From Anaeramoeba ignava BMAN (taxonomy: Eukaryota; Protista; Anaeramoebae): a stretch of DNA of 64,000 nucleotides. The notes beneath the pieces are model-generated. The model saw nothing but the letters and a program-made list of their open reading frames with translations, was not told the origin of the DNA and made no database searches. This document shows, in pieces, positions 36,701-47,946 of this stretch. Position numbers and translations under genes: made by a program. Location: positions 372,001 through 436,000 of the forward strand of contig JAPDFW010000061.1 in the NCBI GenBank assembly GCA_028826165.1. The letters are read 5' to 3'. Position 1 is the first letter of the stretch, and every line of letters begins with the position of its first letter.

Positions 36701-39700
36701 TATTGATGATCTTGAGATTATTGGTGATTCTGAATTTTTTGTTCTGGAATTAATCATTTATTACAATTTTGATTTTTATGATTACCAAATCCATAATTTA
36801 CATTTATATTTCTATCCAGGAGTTCAATTTGTTTTAGATTTTCCAACAACAATTTCCAATTCATCTTTTTGGATTGATGGAGGACAAATGGAAATTTTAT
36901 CTGAAGTTACATTTGAAAATTGTTCCATTATAAATGCAGGATTGTTCAAAATTTATTCCAATATATCCACAAATGGATTTTTTTATATTTTTAATCATGA
37001 TACAACACATTTTGGACTAATTCCAGAAAAAGAGCAAAGAAATGAAAATGGGAATGAAAATGTGGGAGATGGAGAATTACCAATTATTAAGTTAGAAGCA
37101 ACTATTTATAACGAAGATCGCATTGATTTAGGATATAATTTGATTTTAAATGGTACTTTTATTCAAGGCCAATTTGAATCATCGCTAAACTTTGAAATAG
37201 GATCTGGAATGGAGACTAATAATTTTCAATTTCTTGAAGGTACTATTTCAGGAAAGAATTGGGAAACAATAAAAGTGAATGAAAAATTTATTTGGGAAGA
37301 TGGACAAATTAACTCAATAAAACTTGAATATCCTTCTGGTGTTTTTACGAATGGAGTAATTTATATTTATGATTCTGAAATCATATGCAATGATACGACA
37401 GTTGTAAATTCAGAAATTCACATTGAAAATTCACAAATCACAACTTTTTCAACATTTCAACTCACATCTTCTTTATCATCAATTCAAGTAAGTTCTGGAA
37501 ACACTTCGATAATCAATTATGGATATTTTATTTCAAAAGCTGGATATCTTCAAGTAAATATGATAAATTATGGATATCTTCATTTAGATCGTTATAGTAT
37601 TTATTTAGAATCTGTTGAAAATTATGGTTCTATTTATATGAAAGGATCATTTCAGGTCAATGAGAATTTTGTTAATTATGGATATATCACAATATATCCA
37701 TCACCTCCTGTAATAACAGATTCAGATTCAAAATCAAATACAAATACAAATTTAAATTCAAATTCAAATTCAAATTCAAATTCAAATTCAAATTCAAATA
37801 CAAATTCAAAATTAAATTCAAATTCAAATTCAAATTCAAATTCAAATTCAAATTCAAAATCAAATTCAAAATTAAATTCAAAATCAAATTCAAAATCAAA
37901 TTCAATTTCAAATTTAAATTCAAATACAAATTCAATTTCAAATTCAAATTCAAATTCAAATTCAATTTCAGATTCAAATTCAAATTCACAAGGATTAAAA
38001 TCAATTTCAACTTCACATTTCCAAAATTTTGGGAATATCACAATTATCGAAAGCATTAATTTTTCTGGAGATTTTACATCATCATCAAACAGTTCTATTA
38101 TAACTGAAATTTATCAAGAAGGTCAAACACCATTGTATTTTAGTGGAGGATATATTTATTTATCTGGTTTAGTCGATGTTTCTTTCATGATTCCAGAATT
38201 TGAACCAGAATTAGAGCAAGCATTTGAAATTATTGGATTTGGAATGGCTTCAGGAAAAGATTATTCAACACTTCAATTTTATGATGCAACAGAAAAATTT
38301 GAGTAATATATTCATTTTCTTTCAATTTTAAATTATTAAATCAATTTTAAATTATTAAATCAATTTTAAATTATTAAATTAATTTTAAATTATTAAATCA
38401 ATTTTAAATTATTAAATCAAATTTAAATTATTAAATTAATTTTAAATTATTAAATCAATTTTAAATTATTAAATTAATTTTAAATTATTAAATTAATTTT
38501 AAATTATTAAATTAATTCTAAATTATTAAATTAATTTAAATTTATTAAATTAATTCTAAATTATTAAATTAATTTTAAATTATTAAATTAATTTTAAATT
38601 ATTAAATTAATTTTAAATTATTAAATTAATTTTAAATTATTAAATCAAATTTAAATTATTAAATCAATTTTAAATTATTAAATCAAATTTAAATTATTAA
38701 ATTAATTTTAAATTATTAAATTAATTTTAAATTATTAAATTAATTTTAAATTATTAAATCAATTTTAAATTATTAAATTAATTAGAGTAAATTTAGGAAC
38801 TGATACAGTTGAATTTGTTTTTATGGGATGTGAAACTGGATCTTATTCACCAGATTTATATTCAGAATGCCAACCATGTGAATATGGAAGATATGCTTCA
38901 TCAAGAGGATCTTTCTATTGTAGTTCATGTACAGCAGGACATTATGCAAATGAAACAGGATCATCAAATTGTTCATTATGTTCACCAGGAGCATTTTCAT
39001 CAGGACGAGGAACTATAAATTGTACATTGTGTTCACCAGGAACTTTTACATCAGATAATGGATCATATTCATGTTCGGAATGTTCTCAAGGATATTATTC
39101 TGATTATGAAGGAGCAACTGAATGCCAAAAATGTGGAAGAGGTCATCAAACAACATCTCCTTCTAGTTGTGATCCTTGTAAAAGTGGAACTTATAATAAT
39201 AAAGAAGCATCTACTTGTGTTCTTTGTTCTTCTGGAACATATTCTGGAGTTGGAGCAATTTCATGCACTCCATGTGAAAAGAATTATTATCAAGATCAAC
39301 TTGGTAATTTGATTTATTTTAATTTGAATTGAAATATTTTGATTTAATTTGATTTAATTTAATTTAATTTAATTTAATTTAATTTAATTTGATTTTATTG
39401 ATTTTAATTTGATTTGATTTAAATTCAAATATTTTGTTAGGTCAACCAAGTTGTAAAAATTGTCCTGCAAATACAATCACTTTTAGTCAAGCTTCAACTT
39501 TAATTCATGAATGTGTTTGTAAAGAAGGAATGTATGGAGAACCTGGTGGAAATTGTAAAGAATGCCCTGAAGGAGGTATTTGTGATGAAGCAGGAATTAC
39601 AGAACCAGAAGTAAAAGCAGGATATTGGGCTGATAACGATCTCAATTTCTATCATTGTGATCCTTTTGAAGCTTGCCCTGGAGGAACAAAAGAAAGTTGT

Positions 39701-41407
39701 AATTCAAATTTGGGATATGAAGGTGTGATGTGTTCAGAATGTTCTAAAGGATTTTATAGGATTTCTGGTAGATGTGAAAAATGTCCAGCAAATGCAAAAA
39801 CTAGATTGATAATTGCTTTCTTTTTAGTCATGTTATTTGCTATCATCTTATTAATTATCGTTAGAAGTCAAGCAAGATCTTATTTCGGAAGTTTAAGTAT
39901 TGCGTTTTCTTTCTTCCAAATCTTAGCAACAGTTCCCAAAATGAATATTAATTGGCCGCCAAGACTAAAGAACTTCATGAATAGTTTAACTTCTTTTAAT
40001 TTCAATGTTGATTTGGTTGCTCCTGAATGTAGTATCTCAGCTTCATTCACTGGCAAGTGGTTTGCAGTGATGCTGATTCCCTTTTTAGTTCTTGCAATGT
40101 TTGCGTTTCTTTTTCTTATTGTTCGACTTCATGCAGTTATTATAAGAAAATGCGGTTCAAAATTTGCTAATAAATTCCCAAGATTTTGTTCAAGACCAAC
40201 AAGGAAAACAACAAACAAATATCTTCTTCCCTTCTCATGGATTCGTTTCCAAATTAGCAAATTATTCACACATGGGAATTCATCAGCTAAAAAATTATAT
40301 TCCACTTTCATTAACGGATATGTTGCTTTTGCTTTTCTTATTTATTTGGTTTTATGCCAATGGGTATTCGATTTATTTTCTTGCACAAAACAAGCAGATG
40401 GGATTTACACATTAAATGCAGCACCAAGCTATCGATGTTATAACGATCCTTGGTGGAAAAAAATGGCAGTTGGAGGTGTTCTTTTTGGATTACTTTATGT
40501 TATTGGAATTCCAGCTTTTATTATCTTTATGCTTTTTTATCACAGCAAAAAATATAATGATGAAATGTTTTATTCAAGACTCAGTTTGTTATGCTCAAGA
40601 TTTAGAAAAGAATGGTTTTTCTGGGAATTGATTGTGATGGCAAGAAAAGCCTTGTTTGTTTTTGCTTTACTTTATTTCAATTTTGCTTCTGATTTGCAAA
40701 TTCGATTGTTGATTCTTATTCTTTTGATTGCCATTATTTTACAAGTTGCTTTTGAACCTTATGATACTCAAGGAAGAAATCGAGCGGAAATCATCTTGTT
40801 ATGTGTTCTTGAAATTGTGATGATTTCTAGTTTTGTTTTTATTTCAGATGAAAGTGATGATCAAAAAACTAAAGAAAGAATTGAAACTTTCATTTTGATT
40901 CTAATTTGGATGGCAATTATTGTTATATTCTTTGTTCTTTTCAATGAAATTGTTGAAAGAGTGAAATACAAAAAAGAAAAGAGAAAGATCAAAAAAAGAA
41001 ATCGAGAAAGAGATCTTCTTGAAGTTCTTAAAGAATCTGAATTTATTGTGTTTCTGGATCAAAAACCTTCATTTGATTTGATTGTTCAATGGATTGGAAC
41101 ATTAAGTAAAAAAGAATCATCCAAATTTGCAAATTTTATCAGTCAATTTGATGATTTAATTGAAAAAAATTCAATTCAATTTCCAGAACAAAACTATTTG
41201 GATAATTGGAGAGAATTAATTCAAAATGATTTGAAAGATTGGTATGAACAAAGAGCAACTATTAAAGAGAAATTGATGTTTTCAAGTCTTATTAATTCAC
41301 TTTTTATGTATCTTGTTGAAAAAGGAGATAATCCAATTAAAAGATGGAGATCAAATACTCAAAATATAATTCCACTTTCTCAAAACGAAAATGAAAAAGA
41401 AAATTAA
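33742..41407 (+). CDS. Giant receptor-like membrane protein: signal peptide, ~1300-aa beta-rich ectodomain, GCC2/GCC3 (ephrin-receptor-like) Cys repeats, multi-pass TM domain
   Basis: Four short 5' exons from ATG 33742 splice in frame into ORF 34581. Introns 38303-38785 and 39304-39440 link to CxxCxxGxY repeats and a C-terminal region with ~9 hydrophobic helices (FFQIL...INWP...APEC...FWELIVMARK). Confidence 0.8.
38320..38785 (+). repeat. Intronic 19-bp tandem repeat AATTTTAAATTATTAAAT(C/T)
   Basis: Roughly two dozen near-perfect copies fill the intron. Confidence 0.9.
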
Positions 41408-41652
41408 AATTAAAATTGAAAAAGAAAATTAAAATTAAAATCAAAATTAAAATCAAAATTAAAATTAAAATCAAAATCAAAATTAAAATTAAAATCAAAA
41501 TTAAAGTTAAAATTAAAATTAAAATCAAAATTAAAATTAAAATTAAAATTAAAATTAAAAATTAAAATTAAAATTAAAATTAAAATCAAAATTAAAATTA
41601 AAATTAAAATCCAAATCAAAAATCATTTTTTCATTTTTTTTTCTTTTCAAAA

Positions 41653-43488
41653 ATGAATGATTGTTTATTTTTTGGTTTAAATTATGATCCAAAACTTATC
41701 AAAAATGAATCATATTTAATAACAAAACCAATTCAATTTAAATTTGAAAATGAAAATGAAAATGAAAATGAAAATGAAAATGAAAATGAAAATGAAAAAC
41801 AAATTAAACAAATTTCATCAGGAAATTATTCAACAATTTTCCTTTTTAAAAATGGAAAAGCAATAGAATATTTAAATGAAAATTATTCAAATCAAAATAC
41901 TAAAAAAATCCAAATTGAAGAAAATATTCAAAAAGTAACTGTTGATTATGAAAATGAAGCTATTTTAACAAAAGAAGGAAATGTATTTGCCAAAGGAAAA
42001 GATATTAATCCAAATAATACAAATGAATTTATCAATATTTCATCATTAATTGAAGATAAAAATGATAGAATAATTCAAGATATTGTTTCAGGATCTGGTT
42101 CAATTTACTTATTAACTTCAAATCAAAATGCTTATGGAATTGGTTCAAATGAATATAGTCAACTTGGTTTTGATTCTAAAACACTTAAAAAAACAAAAAA
42201 ACCAATTTTAATGATGAAAAATGTTTCTAAAATATTTCCAGGAATTTCTTCATTTCATGTTTTTCTTTTAAATTCAAATCAAGAATTATTTGGATGTGGG
42301 TATAATAAATTTGGCCAACTTGGATTAGGAGAATCAAGAAAACAAGAAACAAAAATCCCTAAATTAACACAAATCCAAAATATTCCAAAAGGCAAAATAA
42401 TTGATATTCAATGTGGGAATGCTTATTCAATAATGTTGATTGAAAATGAAAATAAAAATCCAAAAAGAAAACTTTATTCATGTGGATATTCTAAATATAA
42501 TGGACTTGGAAAAGAAGATGAAGATACTTATGAATTTACTGAAATCAAATCATCTTTATTTGAAAATGATAATATTATTGATTTTTCTGTTGGAAGTAAT
42601 CATACTTTGATTTTAACTTCTAATTCAAAGATGATAGGATTTGGACATAATTATTGGGGTCAATTAGGAACTGGAAATACAAATAATCAATTAATTCCAA
42701 TTCAAATTGAATTTCCTAAATTAAAATTTAATGAAGATATTTCTAATTATCATATTTCTTGTGGATTTAGCAGATCATTTCTTTATTATTCTCCTCCTTC
42801 TTTTTCCAATCTTGAAGAAGATTTGATAAAATTATTTAGAAGAAAAGAATTTTGTAATATTTCATTTAAAACCAAAAATGGAGAAATAATTGAAGCTCAT
42901 AAATTAATATTGAAATATAGATTAAATCAAAATCAAAATCAAAATGAAATTGAAAAACTTCAAAAAATTATTTCAAATAAATCAATTAAAGAATCAAATC
43001 AAATATTTGAAATGATTTATTCAAACAATTCCAATATAAATCCAATATTATATTCTGAAATTAAAGAAATTATAAATTCCAATGAAAAAATTGAAGAAAC
43101 AATGAAAAGAATTTATTTAAATGAAAATGAAAATGAAAAAGATTTTATTATTGAAAGAAAAGAAAAACAATATAAATTTCCTAAATTAATATTAATAATG
43201 AGAAGTGAATTATATCGAGGAATGTTTTTATCTGTAACAGAAGATAAATCTAATAAAGTTACAGATTATAGTGAATTAAGTAATAAATCATTTCAAATAT
43301 TTGAATATTGGATTTATTCAAATCAAATTAAAGATGAAATTAAAATTACAAAAGAAATTATTGATGAATTTAAAATTGGAATTGATTATTTTCAATTAAA
43401 TCAAACAAATCCAAATTTATTTGATTTATTAATTAATAAATTTAATAATCAAAATCAAAATCAAAATCAAAATAAAAATCAAAATTAA
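41653..43488 (+). CDS. RCC1 beta-propeller + tandem BTB protein, array copy A
   Basis: RCC1 motifs (GYNKFGQLGLG, SVGSNHTLIL, GHNYWGQLGTG) and two BTB-like segments (FCNISFK...IEAHKLILKYR; KDFII...KLILIMRSELYRGMF...FEYWIYS). Intronless. Confidence 0.9.
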   Translation: MNDCLFFGLNYDPKLIKNESYLITKPIQFKFENENENENENENENENEKQIKQISSGNYSTIFLFKNGKAIEYLNENYSNQNTKKIQIEENIQKVTVDYENEAILTKEGNVFAKGKDINPNNTNEFINISSLIEDKNDRIIQDIVSGSGSIYLLTSNQNAYGIGSNEYSQLGFDSKTLKKTKKPILMMKNVSKIFPGISSFHVFLLNSNQELFGCGYNKFGQLGLGESRKQETKIPKLTQIQNIPKGKIIDIQCGNAYSIMLIENENKNPKRKLYSCGYSKYNGLGKEDEDTYEFTEIKSSLFENDNIIDFSVGSNHTLILTSNSKMIGFGHNYWGQLGTGNTNNQLIPIQIEFPKLKFNEDISNYHISCGFSRSFLYYSPPSFSNLEEDLIKLFRRKEFCNISFKTKNGEIIEAHKLILKYRLNQNQNQNEIEKLQKIISNKSIKESNQIFEMIYSNNSNINPILYSEIKEIINSNEKIEETMKRIYLNENENEKDFIIERKEKQYKFPKLILIMRSELYRGMFLSVTEDKSNKVTDYSELSNKSFQIFEYWIYSNQIKDEIKITKEIIDEFKIGIDYFQLNQTNPNLFDLLINKFNNQNQNQNQNKNQN

Positions 43489-43594
43489 AATTAAAATCAA
43501 AATTAAAATTAAAATTAAAATTAAAATTAAAATTAAAATTAAAATTAAAAATTAAAATCAAAAATCATTTTTTTCATTTTTTTTCTTTTCAAAA

Positions 43595-45409
43595 ATGAAT
43601 GATTGTTTATTTTTTGGTAGAAATCAATTTCCAATTCTTTTAAAAAATGAACCATATAAAATAGCAAAACCAATTCAATTTAAATTTGAAAATGAAAATG
43701 AAAATGAAAATGAAAATGAAAATGAAAATGAAAATGAAAAACAAATTAAACAAATTTCATCAGGAAATTATTCAACAATTTTCCTTTTTAAAAATGGAAA
43801 AGCAATAGAATATTTAGGTGAAAATGATTCAAAACAAAATCCTGAAAAAATCCAAATTGAAGAAAATATTCAAAAAGTAACTGTTGGTTCTCAAAATGAA
43901 GCTATTTTAACAATAGAAGGAAATGTATTTGCAAAAGGAAAAAATATTAATTCAAATAATCCAAAAGAATTTATCAATATTTCATCATTAATTGAAGATA
44001 AAAATGATAGAATAATTAAAGATATTGTTTCAGGATCTGGTTCAATTTACTTATTAACTTCAAATCAAAATGTTTATGGAATTGGTTTAAATAAATATGG
44101 TCAACTTGGTTTTGATTCTGAAACACTTAATAAAACAAAAAAACCAATTTTAATGATGAAAAATGTTTCTAAAATATTTTCAGGAATTTCTTCATTTCAT
44201 GTTTTTCTTTTAAATTCAAATCAAGAATTATTTGGATGTGGGTATAATAAATATGGCCAAGTTGGATTAGTATATACAACAGAAGAAGAAAAAATCCCTA
44301 AATTAACACAAATACAAAATATTCCAAAAGGCAAAATAATTGATATTCAATGTGGGAATGCTTATTCAATAATGCTGATTGAAAATAAAAATGAAAATGA
44401 AAATCCAAAAAGAAAACTTTATTCATGTGGATATTCTAAATATAATGGACTTGGCAAAAATGAAAATACTTATGAATTTACTGAAATCAAATCATATTTA
44501 TTTGAAAATGATAATATTATTGATTTTTCTGTTGGAAGTAATCATACTTTGATTTTAACCTCTAATTCAAAGATGATAGGATTTGGACATAATTATTGGG
44601 GTCAATTAGGAACTGGAAATACAAATAATCAATCAATTCCAATTCAAATTGAATTTCCTAAATTAAGATTTAATGAAGATATTTCTAATTATCATATTTC
44701 TTGTGGATTTAGCAGATCATTTATTTATTATTCTCCTCTTTCTTTTTCCAATCTTGAAGAAGATTTGATAAAATTATTTAGAAGAAAAGAATTTTGTAAT
44801 ATTTCATTTAAAACCGAAAATGGAGAAATAATTGAAGCTCATAAATTAATATTGAAATATAGATTAAATCAAAATCAAAATCAAAATCAAAATGAAAAAC
44901 TTCAAGAAATTATTTCAAAAAAATCAACTAAAGAATCAAATCAAATATTTGAAATGATTTATTCAAACAGAATAATAAATCCAAAATTATATTCTGAAAT
45001 TAAAGAAATTATAAATTTAAATGAAAAAATTGAAGAAATAATGAAAAGAATTTATTTAAATGAAAATGGAAATGAAAATGAAAAAGATTTTATAATTGAA
45101 AGAAAAGAAAAACAATATAAATTTCCAAAATTAATATTAATAATGAGAAGTGAATTATATCGAGGAATGTTTTTATCTGTAACTGAAGATACTTCTAATA
45201 AAGTTACAGATTATAGTGAATTAAGTAATAAATCATTTCAAATATTTGAATATTGGATTTATTCAAATCAAATTAAAGATGAAATTCAAATTACACAAGA
45301 AATTATTCAAGAATTAGAAATTGGAATTGATTATTTTCAATTAAATCAAACAAATCCAAATTTATTTGATTTATTAATTAACAAATTTAATAATCAAAAT
45401 TATAATTAA
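43595..45409 (+). CDS. RCC1 + tandem BTB protein, array copy B
   Basis: Full-length close paralog of copy A. Confidence 0.9.
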   Translation: MNDCLFFGRNQFPILLKNEPYKIAKPIQFKFENENENENENENENENEKQIKQISSGNYSTIFLFKNGKAIEYLGENDSKQNPEKIQIEENIQKVTVGSQNEAILTIEGNVFAKGKNINSNNPKEFINISSLIEDKNDRIIKDIVSGSGSIYLLTSNQNVYGIGLNKYGQLGFDSETLNKTKKPILMMKNVSKIFSGISSFHVFLLNSNQELFGCGYNKYGQVGLVYTTEEEKIPKLTQIQNIPKGKIIDIQCGNAYSIMLIENKNENENPKRKLYSCGYSKYNGLGKNENTYEFTEIKSYLFENDNIIDFSVGSNHTLILTSNSKMIGFGHNYWGQLGTGNTNNQSIPIQIEFPKLRFNEDISNYHISCGFSRSFIYYSPLSFSNLEEDLIKLFRRKEFCNISFKTENGEIIEAHKLILKYRLNQNQNQNQNEKLQEIISKKSTKESNQIFEMIYSNRIINPKLYSEIKEIINLNEKIEEIMKRIYLNENGNENEKDFIIERKEKQYKFPKLILIMRSELYRGMFLSVTEDTSNKVTDYSELSNKSFQIFEYWIYSNQIKDEIQITQEIIQELEIGIDYFQLNQTNPNLFDLLINKFNNQNYN

Positions 45410-45595
45410 AATTAATATTAAATTTAAAATCAAAATTAAAATTAAAATTAAAATTAAAATTAAAATTAAATTTAAAATTCAAATTAAAATTAAAATTAAA
45501 ATTAAATTTAAAATCAAAATTAAAATTTCAAAATCATTTTTTTCATTTTTTTCTTTTCAAAAAAATTAAAAAATTAAAAAATTAAAATAAAGAAA

Positions 45596-47431
45596 ATGAA
45601 TGATTGTTTATTTTTTGGTTATAATTATCAGCCAATTCTTTTCAAAAATAAATCAAATAAAATAACAAAACCAATTCAATTTAAATTTGAAAATGAAAAT
45701 GAAAATGAAAATGAAAATGAAAATGAAAATGAAAATGAAAATGAAAATGAAAATGAAAAACAAATTAAACAAATTTCAACAGGAAGATTTTCAACAATTT
45801 TCCTTTTTAAAAATGGAAAAGCAATAGAATATTTAAAAGAAAATGATCCAAAACAAAATCCTGAAAAAATCCAAATTGAAGAAAATATTCAAAAAGTAAC
45901 TGTTGGTTCTCAAAATGAAGCTATTTTAACAATAGAAGGAAATGTATTTGCCAAAGGAAAAGATATTAATCCAAATAATTCAAAAGAATTTATCAATATT
46001 TCATCATTAATTGAAGATAAAAATGATAGAATAATTCAAGATATTGTTTCAGGATCTGGTTCAATTTACTTATTAACTTCAAATCAAAATGTTTATGGAA
46101 TTGGTTCAAATGAATATGGTCAACTTGGTTTTGATTCTAAAACACTTCCAAAAACAGAAAAACCAATTTTAATGATGAAAAATGTTTCTAAAATATTTTT
46201 AGGAAATGCTTCAAAACATGTTTTTCTTTTAAATTCAAATCAAGAATTATTTACATGCGGATATAATAAATATGGTCAAGTTGGATTAGGAGAATCAAGA
46301 AGAGAAGAAATAGAAATACAAAAATTAACCCAAATCCAAAATATTCCAAAAGGTAAAATAATTGATATTAAATGTGGATTGTTTCATTCAATAATGTTGA
46401 TTGAAAATGAAAATCAAAATCAAAATCAAAATCAAAAAAGAAAACTTTATTCATGTGGATATTATCAATATAATGGACTTGGAAAAGAAGATGAAGATAC
46501 TTATGAATTTACTGAAATCAAATCATCTTTATTTGAAAATGATAATATTATTGATTTTTATGTTGGAAGTAATCATACTTTGATTTTAACTTCCAAATCA
46601 AAATTTATAGGATTTGGAGATAATTATTGGGGTCAATTAGGAACTGGAAATACAGAAGATCAATCATTTCCAATTCAAATTGAATTTCCTAAATTAAGAT
46701 TTAATGAAGATATTTTCAATTATCATATTTCTTGTGGATTTCAGAAATCATTTATTTATTATTCTCCTCCTTCTTTTTCCAATCTTGAAGAAGATTTGAT
46801 AAAATTATTTAGAAGAAAAGAATTTTGTGATATTTCATTTAAAACCGAAAATGGAGAAATAATTGAAGCTCATAAATTAATATTGAAATATAGATTAAAT
46901 CAAAATCAAAATCAAATTGAAAAACTTCAAGAAATTATTTCAAATAAATCAATTAAAGAATCAAATCAAATATTTGAAATGATTTATTCAAACAATTCCA
47001 ATATAAATCCAAAATTATATTTTGAAATTAAAGAAATTATAAATTCAAATGAAAAAATAGAAGAAAAAATGAAAAGAATTTATTTAAATGAAAATGAAAA
47101 TGAAAAAGATTTTATTATTGAAAGAAAAGAAAAACAATATAAATTTCCTAAATTAATATTAATAATGAGAAGTGAATTATATCGAGGAATGTTTTTATCT
47201 GTAACTGAAGATAAATCTAATAAAGTTACAGATTATAGTGAAATAAGTAATAAATCATTTCAAATATTTGAATATTGGATTTATTCAAATCAAATTAAAG
47301 AAGGAATTAAAATTACAAAAGAAATTATTGATGAAATTCAAATTGGAATTGATTATTTTCAATTAAATCAAACATATCCAAATTTATTTGATTTATTAAT
47401 TAAAAAATTTAATAATCAAAATCAAAATTAA
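45596..47431 (+). CDS. RCC1 + tandem BTB protein, array copy C
   Basis: Full-length close paralog of copy A. Confidence 0.9.
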   Translation: MNDCLFFGYNYQPILFKNKSNKITKPIQFKFENENENENENENENENENENENEKQIKQISTGRFSTIFLFKNGKAIEYLKENDPKQNPEKIQIEENIQKVTVGSQNEAILTIEGNVFAKGKDINPNNSKEFINISSLIEDKNDRIIQDIVSGSGSIYLLTSNQNVYGIGSNEYGQLGFDSKTLPKTEKPILMMKNVSKIFLGNASKHVFLLNSNQELFTCGYNKYGQVGLGESRREEIEIQKLTQIQNIPKGKIIDIKCGLFHSIMLIENENQNQNQNQKRKLYSCGYYQYNGLGKEDEDTYEFTEIKSSLFENDNIIDFYVGSNHTLILTSKSKFIGFGDNYWGQLGTGNTEDQSFPIQIEFPKLRFNEDIFNYHISCGFQKSFIYYSPPSFSNLEEDLIKLFRRKEFCDISFKTENGEIIEAHKLILKYRLNQNQNQIEKLQEIISNKSIKESNQIFEMIYSNNSNINPKLYFEIKEIINSNEKIEEKMKRIYLNENENEKDFIIERKEKQYKFPKLILIMRSELYRGMFLSVTEDKSNKVTDYSEISNKSFQIFEYWIYSNQIKEGIKITKEIIDEIQIGIDYFQLNQTYPNLFDLLIKKFNNQNQN

Positions 47432-47946
47432 AATCAAAATCAAAATCAAAATCAAAATCAAAATCAAAATTAAAATTTAAATTAAAATTAAATTTAAAAT
47501 TAAAATCAAAATTAAAATTAAAATTAAAATTAAAATTAAAATTAAAATTAAAATTAAAATTAAAATTAAAATTAAAATTAAAATTAAAATTAAATCAAAA
47601 TTAAAATCAAAATTAAAATTAAAATCAAAATCAAAATCAAAATCAAAATCAAAATCAAAATTAAAATTAAAAACAAAATTTAAAATTAAAAATTAAAATT
47701 AAAATTAAAATTAAAATTAAAATTAAAATCAAAATTAAAATTAAAATTAAAATTAAAATCAAAATCAAAATCAAAATCAAAATCAAAATCAAAATTAAAA
47801 TTAAAATTAAAATCAAAATTAAAATTAAAATTAAAATTAAAATTAAAATTAAAATTAAAATTAAAATCAAAATTAATATTAATATTAAAATTAAAATTAA
47901 AATTAAAATTCCAAAAATATTTTTTTCATTTTTTTTCTTTTCAAAA

